The notes: generated from the sequence alone by a model not told the origin. Shown: positions 1-9,578, numbered from the stretch's first letter. The stretch is 21,216 nucleotides of DNA from Chthoniobacteraceae bacterium (GCA_031409335.1 JANNWY010000177.1:1-21216); one strand, 5' to 3'. Program-made: numbers and translations.

Positions 1-2
1 CG

Positions 3-1811
3 GACTACGCGAAGGAAATTTCCGATCTGCAAGCGGCCCACAAAAAACAGCTTGAAAGCCGCGACGCTTCCGCCAGCGACCTCGCCAAAACGATCGCGGA
101 TCGCGAAACCACTCTGGCCGATTTGACCCGGCAATTGGACGAGTCGAAATCCGAAGCCGATCGCCTCACCGGCGAGTGCGCCGCATTTCAGAAAGACCTC
201 GAAGCGGCGATGGATCTTTTGAATCAGGATCGCTCCGGGCACGACGCCCGCATCGCGGCCCTGAATGCAGAGCACGAAAAAGCGATCACGGGGCTCCAGG
301 TGGAGATTGCCGAATTGCAAAAAACCGCGGCAACGAGTGCCGCCGAGCGCGAGCAACTCCAGAAGGACATCAATGCCGCGACAGAACTCCTGAATCGCGT
401 CCAGACAGGACACGATACCCGTCTCGCATCACTCGGCACGGAGCACGAGCAGGCCCTCGCCGGACTTCGCGGGGAAGTTGCCGAACTTCAAAAGACGGCG
501 ACCGCGGCAGCAGGCGAGCGCGCCCAGCTTCAGAAAAAAATCGAGGCTGCGAAAGCCGAAGCGAAAAAGGGCAAGGCGGACTACGAGAAGCAAATCGCCG
601 CAATCCGCGCGGAGCACACCGCCCTGCATTCCACTCATCAGGCCGCGGCCGGCGAATTCAGCATGGCGCTGCAAACCCACGAGGTCGCCGTCGCCAATCT
701 TCAGGGAGAACTTTCCCAAACCAAATCGGACGCCACCGCGGAACTCGATCGCGCCCGGCAGCTTCAGGACGAATTGCGCACGCAGCTCGAATTACGCGCC
801 CACGAATTTAACGATACGAAAAAGGCGCTCGAAGACCGAATCGCGGATGCGGAACGCGCGGCGGCGGAAATCGCCGATCGCGCCCAGTCGCTCGATACGA
901 TCGTGCGCAATCGCGACAACGCGCTGAGCGAACGCGATGCGGCAATCGTGCGGCTAAAGGACGAGCACGATGCCGCGCTCGCCGCGCTCGCGCAGGAACA
1001 CGGCGCGGGACTCGATTCGCTAACGGCGGAAAAGGATCGCCAACTCGCCGCGCTGACCGTTGAGCGCGCAAAGGCTGTGGCGTCGCTGAGTCGCGAACGC
1101 GAGGACTTCACCGCAAAGTTCGACGAGGTCGAGAATTCGCTCACTTCCCAGATCAATACACTTTCCGAAGCGCGCGATGAAGCCGTTCGTGAAAGCACCG
1201 CACTCGCCCAGCGCCTCGCCGCATTCGCCGTGGAGTCCGATCGCAAGTTCGACGACCTGCGCCGCGCGCACGATGCCGCGGTGAGCGAAAGGCAGACGCT
1301 TTTGCTCCAACTCGAGGCGGCGCGGGATGAGCACAAAGCGCAAAGCGGCGTGTTTGCGCGCGAGTTCAAAGGAGTGGTGAAACAGCGTGACGAAACGGCC
1401 AGCGTTCTCGACACCGTTCGCGGCGAACTGGCGGAAAAAACCGCGGCGCTCGCCCGCGAGCAGGCGAATCTTGCGAAGATGGAATCGGAGGTGGCGGCGC
1501 GCTTTGAACGGGAAGTGAGCCGGATGCGGCGGGATCGCGATGTCCTCGTCCGCCAGCGCGACGAATTGCACGCTCGTATCGCGAAGATGGTCGATGAGCA
1601 GCGCGAATTGCTCGAAGAATTGACCGCCCAAACTGCGCGCCACAAACCGCTGCCGACCGATGTCGTGCAAAAGCCCCGCGCGGCGAAGGAGAGCAACGTG
1701 ATCGAGATCAGCGCGTCACAAATCGTGCAACACGTCGAGCCCGATCACGGCATCAATCTCCCGCGCGTCCGCCCCGTTCCGGTTCCGCCGCCAAACGTTC
1801 GCATCCTTTAG
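3..1811 (+). CDS. Long coiled-coil protein, 5'-truncated by the window edge
   Basis: The frame is open from nt 3 (DYAKEISDLQAAHKKQLE...), so the TTG at 123 is probably internal. Ala/Glu/Leu/Arg heptad composition throughout, a 57-aa tandem duplication and a Pro-rich tail (PRVRPVPVPPPNVRIL). Confidence 0.85.
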   Translation, partial: DYAKEISDLQAAHKKQLESRDASASDLAKTIADRETTLADLTRQLDESKSEADRLTGECAAFQKDLEAAMDLLNQDRSGHDARIAALNAEHEKAITGLQVEIAELQKTAATSAAEREQLQKDINAATELLNRVQTGHDTRLASLGTEHEQALAGLRGEVAELQKTATAAAGERAQLQKKIEAAKAEAKKGKADYEKQIAAIRAEHTALHSTHQAAAGEFSMALQTHEVAVANLQGELSQTKSDATAELDRARQLQDELRTQLELRAHEFNDTKKALEDRIADAERAAAEIADRAQSLDTIVRNRDNALSERDAAIVRLKDEHDAALAALAQEHGAGLDSLTAEKDRQLAALTVERAKAVASLSREREDFTAKFDEVENSLTSQINTLSEARDEAVRESTALAQRLAAFAVESDRKFDDLRRAHDAAVSERQTLLLQLEAARDEHKAQSGVFAREFKGVVKQRDETASVLDTVRGELAEKTAALAREQANLAKMESEVAARFEREVSRMRRDRDVLVRQRDELHARIAKMVDEQRELLEELTAQTARHKPLPTDVVQKPRAAKESNVIEISASQIVQHVEPDHGINLPRVRPVPVPPPNVRIL

Positions 1812-1828
1812 GGCTCGAGCGCGGCCAG

Positions 1829-3202
1829 CTACTTTGCGACCGGCTCCTTGCCGTGAAGGATGAGCGGCCAGAACTTTTCGAAATCGAACGGGCGGCTGAA
1901 TTCACCGTGGTGGCACGTCTGGCAATCGCCCGATCCGAGTGGGCGAAATTTCGCGCCGTCTCCGCTGCCGCGCTGCCGCTCCGCGACATGCTGCGCGCCC
2001 GCGCCATGGCAACTCTCGCAGCCGACATTCGTCAGTCTGTCCGCGCCGAACGCGCGACGATAGCCGCCCGGTGAACCGAAGCCGACGGTATGGCAGCCGA
2101 TGCAGTTCGGGTCTGCGTCGGCTTGATTCGCGACGAGCGTCGCAAACGCGCGCGCGTGATGGCTCTTGTTCCACACCTTTGCCGCGCTGGCGTGACAGCC
2201 GAGACACGATTCGCTCCCCGCGAAACTCGCGCCAGCCTTCACCCCGGGAATCATGTCCGCGCCAAGATTTGCGGGATCATCGAGATCGAGTTTGGTGCGC
2301 CGGATTTCGGCGCGGTAAGCGGTGGCGATCTCGCGAATGGCGGGATCTTCCGGGATTTTGTCGGAGACAAGCAGCACTTCGCCTTCCGTCACCTTTGCGC
2401 GATGCGGTGCGGCGAGTTCCAGCGTGAGCGTCCCGACGGCGCGCGATTGATTCGCGGTGTAGAGAATCACGCTGCGGTTTTCACGTTCCAGCTTCTGCGC
2501 CGGCTGCGACACATTGCCGCCGAGGATCACGTCGATCTCGTAAAATTCTCGCGCCAGCGCGTGCAGCGTTTGCTCGTCGGTGAAGGCGAGGAGCACGATG
2601 AAATCCGCTTCGGTCTTGAGCTTCGGCAGCAAGTTTCCGAGCGCGGTTTCCATCTTCTCCACCGCGAGTCCTTCACCCAGGGATTCGGAAAGTCCGCGCG
2701 GGTCGACGACGCCGACGATCGCGATGCGCGCCGGGGTTTTCAGAATGCGATGGGTCGCAAACACCGGCTCGCGCGTGGAGGCATCGAGAAGATTTGCGCT
2801 GATCAATGGGATCGGCGTTTTGCCGTGCAACTCGCGGAGATACGCGAGCGAGAGCTGGGCTTCGCGATGGCCGATATTTGCCGCAGCGTAATCCATCGCC
2901 GCGAATGCCTTCAGAATTGCGATGTGTTCGATCCGCTGAAAATCCGCGGGACCTTCGAGCGCATCGCCCGCGTCGACGCGCAGGAGGTGCTCCGCCGGTC
3001 GGCCACGGAAGAGCGTGGCGATGCGCGTGAGCCCGCCCATTTGCCCGGAGAAACATCCGCACGGAACGAGCCGCCCATGAACGCCCGCGGTAAATTGAAT
3101 CGTGAGCGAGGACGGTTTCCACGCGGGCTTCCTCGTGAAAAAAACCGCCGCGGTGACCGCCGCGACGATGGCGAGTGCAATGAGTAAGTGGCGCGCGGTC
3201 AC
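1829..3202 (-). CDS. Exported UshA/5'-nucleotidase-like domain fused to a tetraheme cytochrome c (c554-like) domain
   Basis: Hydrophobic N-terminus. HGRLVPCGC..GGLTR, DAGD, NIGHRE and SANL motifs of the UshA-like fold. Four CxxCH motifs (CLGCH, CIGCH, CESCH, CQTCH). The GTG start directly follows the upstream TGA. Confidence 0.85.
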   Translation of the reverse strand: MTARHLLIALAIVAAVTAAVFFTRKPAWKPSSLTIQFTAGVHGRLVPCGCFSGQMGGLTRIATLFRGRPAEHLLRVDAGDALEGPADFQRIEHIAILKAFAAMDYAAANIGHREAQLSLAYLRELHGKTPIPLISANLLDASTREPVFATHRILKTPARIAIVGVVDPRGLSESLGEGLAVEKMETALGNLLPKLKTEADFIVLLAFTDEQTLHALAREFYEIDVILGGNVSQPAQKLERENRSVILYTANQSRAVGTLTLELAAPHRAKVTEGEVLLVSDKIPEDPAIREIATAYRAEIRRTKLDLDDPANLGADMIPGVKAGASFAGSESCLGCHASAAKVWNKSHHARAFATLVANQADADPNCIGCHTVGFGSPGGYRRAFGADRLTNVGCESCHGAGAQHVAERQRGSGDGAKFRPLGSGDCQTCHHGEFSRPFDFEKFWPLILHGKEPVAK

Positions 3203-3928
3203 TCAATACAGCAGCGAATACGTGAAGGCGTTCACGTTCACCTGCGCGGATTCCGTGATCATGTTTCCGCCGCAGCAGCAGCAGCCTTTTGCGTTGCCCA
3301 CGTCATTCAGCCCGTCCTTCGAATACACCAACACGAGCCGCCCGTTGATTTCGAGCCCCTCGATCTCCGCGACCTTCCCCTTCTTGTCCGTGAGCCGCGG
3401 AATCTTGAACACAGTCGAGAACAGCGGATGAGTCATCGGGATTTTCGTGAGCTGCTGCTCGGGAAAGAGAAGTTTCAATTCGTTGCGCAGCGCAGTGTCC
3501 CAGCGCGGATCGGAGCAGCCAGGGCTCGACAGGATGAAGCCGCCATTGAGTAGGTATTTTCGCAAATTTTCGCGATCCTTTGCCGTCAGGGAAAACGTGT
3601 CTTCGCCGGACCACACACAAAACGGAAAGTCGAACAGCGCATCGGCATCCAACCGGACGGGAACGAAGTTTTTCCCGACATCGAGATGCGTTTTCCCAGC
3701 GAGGTCGCCGAGAAATTTGTCCGCGAAACAGACCGAACTTTTGTTGTTCGCATAGACGAGGTTGCCGCACTGGAGCTTGGTGAGATCGGCTTTCACCGAC
3801 GAGGCCGTGGCGACGAGCGCCGCTTCGAGTTCCTGCTGCTTGCGCTCCGCCGATGCGCCCGCGCCGACGCCGAGCGCGATGGCGGGAAGGATGAAGGCGG
3901 CCAGCGCGAGGAAGGTCGATCGTTTCAT
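3203..3928 (-). CDS. DUF4159 domain protein with signal peptide
   Basis: Signal peptide MKRSTFLALAAF. LFDFPF, LRKYLLNGGFIL, IPMTHPLFS and GLEINGRLVLVYSKDGL match DUF4159. ATGA overlap with the upstream gene. Confidence 0.85.
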   Translation of the reverse strand: MKRSTFLALAAFILPAIALGVGAGASAERKQQELEAALVATASSVKADLTKLQCGNLVYANNKSSVCFADKFLGDLAGKTHLDVGKNFVPVRLDADALFDFPFCVWSGEDTFSLTAKDRENLRKYLLNGGFILSSPGCSDPRWDTALRNELKLLFPEQQLTKIPMTHPLFSTVFKIPRLTDKKGKVAEIEGLEINGRLVLVYSKDGLNDVGNAKGCCCCGGNMITESAQVNVNAFTYSLLY

Positions 3929-6846
3929 TTGGTGATGCTCCTAAAATAACGCTCCACGAGATCGTGATATTGCTCGAACGAAGATTCTCCCTGTGCCGCC
4001 TCCGATTCGCGAGTCACCGCCTTCACGTCTTTTAACACATCCGACTCGCCCACCGCCGCGGCCGACTTGTGCATTTCGGGCGCTTGTTGGTTGAAACCCT
4101 TTTCGCCCGCGCGCCGCGACCGGCTGTCGTTTGGCCGCGATTCATTCCCGAGCACCGGCGCTTCCGGCGCGGCCTCCATCACGTAGCCGCCAGTCCCGTC
4201 CGGTCCCGTCTGGCCCTGTCCCATTCCAAAGCCCGGCTTCGCGCCATCCCCAAATTTTCGCGACTGCATCATCTGCTTGAAGTTGTTCCCCGGCTTCATC
4301 CCGCGCTGCATTTTCATGTATTGATCCAGCTCGCTGCCCATGCCCGGGCAGTTGCCGTTGCACTCGGAAAACATCTTGTCCATTTCCTCCGAGAGCTTCT
4401 GCGCGAGCTGCGCGCCCTGATCGCCCCGGCCTGCGAGCATCGCATTCATCGCACTCGCCGCGTGATCGGACAGGCGCAAGTCCGCCATCTTCCGCGCAAG
4501 ATCCTGCGCGCTTTGGCCGGCCTTTGGAAATTTCTCCATCGCCGCCTTGCCGTCTTCCGCGAGCTGTTCCTGCACCGCTTCGATTTGCGCCCCGATTCGC
4601 TTTTCCATCGCCGCGAGATCCTTCAGCGCGAGCTGATCCTCCCGGCTCAACGGTCCGCGCCGGTTGTAGACTTTCGCCTGTTCAGCGACTTGTTTCTGCG
4701 CCGCGTCCAGTTCCTTGAAGCGGTTGCTGTCCTTCAGGATTTCATTCATCAGCGCCATGTCTTCGAGCGGCTGGACGACCTCTTCCTGCGCCGCTTTTTC
4801 CGTCGCGCCGAGTTTGGCGAGCTGCTCGTCGGACGCCTTCTGAAAATCCTCCACCATCGGCTGGTCGAGCTGCCTCGGCGAATTCGGCGGCGCGCTGCGT
4901 TGCGCGATGTCCTTCGTCGCCTCGTCGTTGTTCATGGTCGATTCGCGGAGCTGTTCCGCGAATTTTTTCAAGGTGTCGCCGAGTTCCTTTTCCACATCGT
5001 AGAGCGGGTCCTTCCGCACGAAATCCTCCATCGTTCCCGCGAGTTTGTTGAGCTGGGCGTTGAGTTCATTTTGCTTGGCGAGCAGCGCATCGAGTTTCTG
5101 CTGCGCCGCGGTTTTGTCCGTCGCGTTTTCCACTTCCTTCTTCAGCGCGGCGCCCTGCTCGCCGAGTTGCTTCTGCTCCTCGATCAATTCCTGCAGCTTG
5201 TTCAGCAGATCGGAATACTTCGCCGCGATGTCGTCGAGATCGGTGCGCTCGCGGAGGAAATCGTTGTATTCCTCCACGCTGATCACCGTGAGCGTCACGG
5301 TCTGGCTGCGCGCCAGATGCGGATCGGGCGCGGTGTCGATCGCCTCGGCGAAGAAGGAAACTTTGTCGCCGGACTTCAGCTCCATCGTCGCGAAATCCAG
5401 CGCCAGCGTCTCACGCGCGTTTCGCGCCGCGCGCTCATGCGCGATGGTGCGCGGCTCGCCGTACGTGCCGTTGATTCCCTGATGAATCCGCAGCGTCTTC
5501 ACCCCGTAATCGTCGCTCGCCTCGAACACCGCCTCGACCTTGAAATCCACCGCCACAAACGAGTCGCCGGACGGATGCGTCACCTGCACTTCCGGTGGAA
5601 GATCATGCGTCACTTGCAGCGAGCATTCCCACGCATCGCTCGACGCGTTTCCCGCTTCATCCACGAGCGAAAAGCGGAGCACGCCTGGAGCGGTCGCCAC
5701 GAAGCCGCCGCTCACCGCGCGCTCCGCGGCCGGCGCGAGCGCGATCGACTGCACATCGCCCGGACCTTTCACCCACTCGATGCGCCCGTCGCGCAGCGGC
5801 CGGTTCGATTCGAGCCGCGCCTCGATGCGGCTGCCCGCGAGCACCTTCACGCTTTTCCCGATCGGCACCGCGCGCTCCTCGGGCGACAGACTGGTGTACG
5901 CGAGCGCGGTGATGGTGAGCGTTGCCTTTTCCAGACGCGGCGTGAGCACCACCGCCACGCGGCGCTGCATGCTGATGCTGTGTTTGTTTTTGGAATGCGC
6001 GACCACGATCAGATCGGTCTTCACGCCCTCGATCTGCTGCGCGAAACCCTGCTTCGCCTTGCCGAACATCGGCACCGTCACCGCCTTTTCCGGCTCGTCG
6101 GGCGGATAAAAAGTCACGAACAAATCCGCCGGGCGATGGCCGTGCGTCTGCGCCGCGATCATCACATTTTGCCCGTAGATGAGAGGCACGCCATCCACCG
6201 CCGGCTCGGTGATGGTGACGCGCGTGAACGAATACGGCGGATGATCGCCAAACGGATCAATGAACCGCGGCACTTCGCTGCGCGTGATGTCGTGGCCGAA
6301 ACCGAGGATCGCGAGCGAGCCCGCGACGGCGAAGGCCAGCAGCTTTGCCTCACGCGCCGGACGCGGCGTCGCGGTGAGCATTTGAAAATCAAACCCGGCG
6401 AGTTCTCTCGCGGAATCGGCCACCGCGTATCCCGCCAGGTCGCGGGTGAGCGGCGAGAGCTGCGGATCGGTCGTTTGCGCGCGGAGTTGGAGAATGTTGA
6501 TGAGCTTTGAACCCAGCCGGGCATCCCGCGCCTCCAGCACGCGCGCGGTGTGCTCCAGCGGACTGCGGCGGATCGCACCGATCCAAATCGCCCGCGCAAA
6601 TGTCGCCACGACGACCGCGACAAAGCCGAGCGACAACCCGAGCCGGACCGGACCGGACAAATGAAACAGCACATCCGCGGCAAATGCCCCGAACAGAAAC
6701 GGCACGAGCCAGCGCCACGAACGCAACACCAGCAGCGTCCCTTCCTCTTGCTGCAATCTGCGATCCGCCGCCGCCAGCCGCGCCGTCAGGCGATCGAGTT
6801 CCGCGGAGCCGGCCTTGGGAGATGCATCGTGAATCGTCGCGCTCAT
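3925..6846 (-). CDS. Large membrane-anchored protein, DUF4175-like (PVC type)
   Basis: About three N-terminal TM segments, then beta-rich modules (DLPPEVQVTHP..ASDDYGV..AIDTAPDP), Gln/Glu coiled coils, a Gly/Met-rich region and a YHDLVERYF tail. Confidence 0.75.
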   Translation of the reverse strand: MSATIHDASPKAGSAELDRLTARLAAADRRLQQEEGTLLVLRSWRWLVPFLFGAFAADVLFHLSGPVRLGLSLGFVAVVVATFARAIWIGAIRRSPLEHTARVLEARDARLGSKLINILQLRAQTTDPQLSPLTRDLAGYAVADSARELAGFDFQMLTATPRPAREAKLLAFAVAGSLAILGFGHDITRSEVPRFIDPFGDHPPYSFTRVTITEPAVDGVPLIYGQNVMIAAQTHGHRPADLFVTFYPPDEPEKAVTVPMFGKAKQGFAQQIEGVKTDLIVVAHSKNKHSISMQRRVAVVLTPRLEKATLTITALAYTSLSPEERAVPIGKSVKVLAGSRIEARLESNRPLRDGRIEWVKGPGDVQSIALAPAAERAVSGGFVATAPGVLRFSLVDEAGNASSDAWECSLQVTHDLPPEVQVTHPSGDSFVAVDFKVEAVFEASDDYGVKTLRIHQGINGTYGEPRTIAHERAARNARETLALDFATMELKSGDKVSFFAEAIDTAPDPHLARSQTVTLTVISVEEYNDFLRERTDLDDIAAKYSDLLNKLQELIEEQKQLGEQGAALKKEVENATDKTAAQQKLDALLAKQNELNAQLNKLAGTMEDFVRKDPLYDVEKELGDTLKKFAEQLRESTMNNDEATKDIAQRSAPPNSPRQLDQPMVEDFQKASDEQLAKLGATEKAAQEEVVQPLEDMALMNEILKDSNRFKELDAAQKQVAEQAKVYNRRGPLSREDQLALKDLAAMEKRIGAQIEAVQEQLAEDGKAAMEKFPKAGQSAQDLARKMADLRLSDHAASAMNAMLAGRGDQGAQLAQKLSEEMDKMFSECNGNCPGMGSELDQYMKMQRGMKPGNNFKQMMQSRKFGDGAKPGFGMGQGQTGPDGTGGYVMEAAPEAPVLGNESRPNDSRSRRAGEKGFNQQAPEMHKSAAAVGESDVLKDVKAVTRESEAAQGESSFEQYHDLVERYFRSITK

Positions 6847-6854
6847 CTGGCGTG

Positions 6855-6883
6855 ACTATGCTGCATCCGGCGCGGAATATCCA
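6855..6883 (-). promoter_or_regulatory. Putative sigma70-type promoter (TGGATA-N17-CATAGT), near-leaderless
   Basis: CATAGT lies 8 nt upstream of the ATG at 6846. The same hexamer precedes efp and the kinase gene. Confidence 0.35.
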
Positions 6884-6900
6884 TCGTCGAATCTTGCGCC

Positions 6901-7692
6901 TCAGTGGCGGGTTTCCCCTGCCCCGGCGCTTTTCGCCGCCATCACATCTCCGTCGCCCAGCCGTCGCTTGTACATTTCAAGTGCGAGCCCATGGCACTGC
7001 TGCGCCAGCACCGGATTATAGCGCGGCCCTTCATCGCGGAGGAAGGCGTGCGCTCCGTTCACCTCATGCCACTGGAAAAAAGTCCCTGCCGCTTCCAGCG
7101 CCGCGTGGATTTTCAAGCGTCCCTCCAGCGGCACATGCGGATCCTGCCGGCCCCAGGTCATCAGCATTTCCCCGCGCAGTTCCGGGATGCGATCGAGCGT
7201 GTTGTCATTCATCCCGGCGCCGAGTCCGCGCTTGTGAATGTCGGTCGCGTAAAAGCACGTCGTCGCCAGCACCGCCGGATTCATCGCCGCGCGAAACGCC
7301 AGATGCCCGCCGATGCAAATCCCCATGCAGCCCAGCTTCCCGGTCGATGCCGGATGCTCCGCGAGATATTTCAAAACCGCGCGCGCATCGGCGTCGTAAG
7401 CCTCCAGCGGCTTCGTCGTCTTCAGCGCATTTCCGCGATCCGCGCCCGCGCTATCGTAGGCGAGCACCGTCCCAGCCGCCTCGTATTCGTGGTAAATCTC
7501 GGGCGCAGCGACGACAAATCCATTTCCCGCCAGCAGCGCCGCAGTCCGGCGGATCGGCCCCGTGACTTGGAAAATCTCCGAGTAAAGCAGGATGCCGGGA
7601 TATTTCCCCGCCGCGACCGGGCGGAAAACATGCGTGCGCATCGGGCCGGTCGGCGTCGTGAGATCGACGGATTCGTGGTCGGTAATAGTCAT
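6901..7692 (-). CDS. Dienelactone hydrolase family protein
   Basis: YSEIFQVT, GICIGG nucleophile motif, QDPHVP and HAFLRDEGPRY. The start is placed at MTITDHE (7692) rather than 7734. Confidence 0.9.
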   Translation of the reverse strand: MTITDHESVDLTTPTGPMRTHVFRPVAAGKYPGILLYSEIFQVTGPIRRTAALLAGNGFVVAAPEIYHEYEAAGTVLAYDSAGADRGNALKTTKPLEAYDADARAVLKYLAEHPASTGKLGCMGICIGGHLAFRAAMNPAVLATTCFYATDIHKRGLGAGMNDNTLDRIPELRGEMLMTWGRQDPHVPLEGRLKIHAALEAAGTFFQWHEVNGAHAFLRDEGPRYNPVLAQQCHGLALEMYKRRLGDGDVMAAKSAGAGETRH

Positions 7693-7813
7693 ACCGGAGA
7701 ATTGCGCGAATGCCCGGCTCCACTCAATCTCCATGTGGCGACGCCGTTTCGCATTCGCTTGGTCGGATACTTCCGCTATCGCATCGGGAACTTCTTTCGT
7801 CCGTTATTCGCCC

Positions 7814-8254
7814 GTGAGCATCTTCCTGCAAAACCGCCAGCGCGCCATCCCGCTCGATCTCGCGTGGCTCCGGCGCTTCGGACCGCTCGCCTTGGAGAAA
7901 TGCCGGGAACTTTGTGACGACGGCAAATTTGCCCTGAAAACGATCGGGGAAATCAGCGTCGCGATCGTCTCCGACCGCACGATCGCGCGGCTGCACGTCC
8001 AGTTCATGGGCATCGCCGGGCCGACGGATGTCCTCACCTTCGAGCACGGCGAGATTGTCATGAGCGCCCAGACCGCCGAGCTCCACGCCGCCGACTTTGG
8101 CCACGGGATCGAGCAGGAATTGGCGCTTTACACCGTGCATGGCTTGCTTCACTTGAATGGATTCGACGACGCGACTTCGCGCGCCGCGGCGCGGATGCAA
8201 AAGGTCCAGACCCGCGTGCTGAAGGAGTGTCTCGCCAAGCTGCCCGAACTCTAA
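7814..8254 (+). CDS. ybeY: rRNA maturation endoribonuclease YbeY
   Basis: PTDVLTF, GEIVMS and HGLLHLNGFDD metal-binding motif. A GTG start at 7814 is probable but uncertain. Confidence 0.9.
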   Translation: MSIFLQNRQRAIPLDLAWLRRFGPLALEKCRELCDDGKFALKTIGEISVAIVSDRTIARLHVQFMGIAGPTDVLTFEHGEIVMSAQTAELHAADFGHGIEQELALYTVHGLLHLNGFDDATSRAAARMQKVQTRVLKECLAKLPEL

Positions 8255-8261
8255 AAACACC

Positions 8262-9287
8262 ATGCGCTTCCTCCCTTCACCCAAGCTCTCGATCCTCATC
8301 GCCACCGCGACCGCCACCGCCACGCTTTCCGCCCAGCAGGATGCGCCGCCGGTCAATTTGAACGAGCTTCTGCAAGCCCTGCGCGGCATTAAAACCCAGC
8401 AAGTGCAGCAGACCAAGGCCGCAAAGCAAAAGGCGCTGCAACAAGTGCAGGCCGCCGCCGCCAGCGCAGCCGCCGCCGCCGCCTCATGGGAGGAAGCGGT
8501 GCGCACCACGCAGTTCGAGGGGGCAGCGCGGGAAGGCTCGCAATTCAAGGAATGGCGCGAGCGCGACGGCGAGGCCTTGAAGGAAAAAGAAGCGGCGAAC
8601 GCCGCGCAGCTTCACTTCAAATGGATGGCGCTCACCCTGCAACGCTCGATGGAAACGCCGATGAAAGATCTGCTCCCGCTGATCATCGGCTTCACGAAAG
8701 AACTTGCCGCCGATCAAATCGCCATCGAATCGCTCGGCGACGATATCCGCCGCGAGCGGGAAGCCGCTGGCAGCGGCAAGCATGGCAAGGATCGCAAAAC
8801 CAACGACGAGGCCGTCAAGCGGGTCCACGATCAGATCATCCGCTCACCGGTCAGCAACAGCATCGCCGCGCAGGTGCTCAAAATCGGGCCGCTGCTGGAT
8901 GTGGACGGATGGGAAATGAGCGCGGGAGACCTCGACGGGATTTACAACAAGGTCATCCTCCCGGAACTGCGCGCCAGCCGCGATCCGCGCCTGCTGGAAT
9001 TCTGGGATATTCGCCTCAAGCGGGACTCTGAGAAGGCAACGAAATCCAAACTGGCGTTTGAGATCGAGAAATTCAACCAAGTGCGCAGACCCGAAATCCT
9101 CTGGGGCCGCGCGCAGGATGTCCTTCTGCTCGGGCAGAAAAATCGGGCGGTGGGTGAGATGTTCAATCTGATCAAAACCTTTCCGACCCATCCGCGCGCC
9201 ACCGAATGGGTAGCGGCGTTCGAGAAAATCCTCTCGCCGCCACCCGCCGAGCCCGACGCCCCGCTCGCGCCACCGCCTGCTGAGTAG
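8262..9287 (+). CDS. Secreted alpha-helical hypothetical protein
   Basis: 341-aa ORF with a signal peptide (..ATATLSA|QQ), coding-like codon usage and a TPR-like C-terminal segment (LIKTFPTHPRA). Tightly spaced between ybeY and clpS. Confidence 0.8.
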   Translation: MRFLPSPKLSILIATATATATLSAQQDAPPVNLNELLQALRGIKTQQVQQTKAAKQKALQQVQAAAASAAAAAASWEEAVRTTQFEGAAREGSQFKEWRERDGEALKEKEAANAAQLHFKWMALTLQRSMETPMKDLLPLIIGFTKELAADQIAIESLGDDIRREREAAGSGKHGKDRKTNDEAVKRVHDQIIRSPVSNSIAAQVLKIGPLLDVDGWEMSAGDLDGIYNKVILPELRASRDPRLLEFWDIRLKRDSEKATKSKLAFEIEKFNQVRRPEILWGRAQDVLLLGQKNRAVGEMFNLIKTFPTHPRATEWVAAFEKILSPPPAEPDAPLAPPPAE

Positions 9288-9296
9288 TGATTTGCA

Positions 9297-9578
9297 ATGG
9301 CCCAGACGACTGTCGAACGCGAAACCAAAACGGATGAGGAAACGGAAACCCCTTGGAATGTGGTGGTCCACAATGACCCCGTAAATCTCATGAGTTACGT
9401 CACGCGCATTTTCCAACTCGTCTTCGGCTTTGCAAAACCACGGGCGGAGAAACACATGATGGAAGTCCACAAGCTCGGGCGATCCATCGTCTGGACCGGC
9501 GAACGGGAGCGGGCCGAGACCTACGTGCAACAGCTCCACAGCCACCTGCTGCTCGCGACCATCGAGAAAAGCCGTTAG
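9297..9578 (+). CDS. clpS: ATP-dependent Clp protease adaptor ClpS
   Basis: WNVVVHNDPVNLMSYV..MMEVHKLG..AETYVQQLH, the actinobacterial/verrucomicrobial ClpS type. Confidence 0.95.
   Translation: MAQTTVERETKTDEETETPWNVVVHNDPVNLMSYVTRIFQLVFGFAKPRAEKHMMEVHKLGRSIVWTGERERAETYVQQLHSHLLLATIEKSR

Noticed and set aside
3..1811. SMC or phage tape-measure protein
   Set aside because: No C-terminal Walker B/signature or hinge is visible, and there are no phage genes nearby.
2090..3187. 365-aa plus-strand ORF and similar long antisense ORFs (764-1696, 6507-7565, 6904-7917, 11566-12447, 19159-20091)
   Set aside because: They overlap well-supported genes on the opposite strand and lack recognisable domains.
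4069..6510. 813-aa plus-strand ORF
   Set aside because: Antisense shadow of the 973-aa gene. It is Arg/Leu/His-rich with no motifs, which is typical in high-GC DNA.
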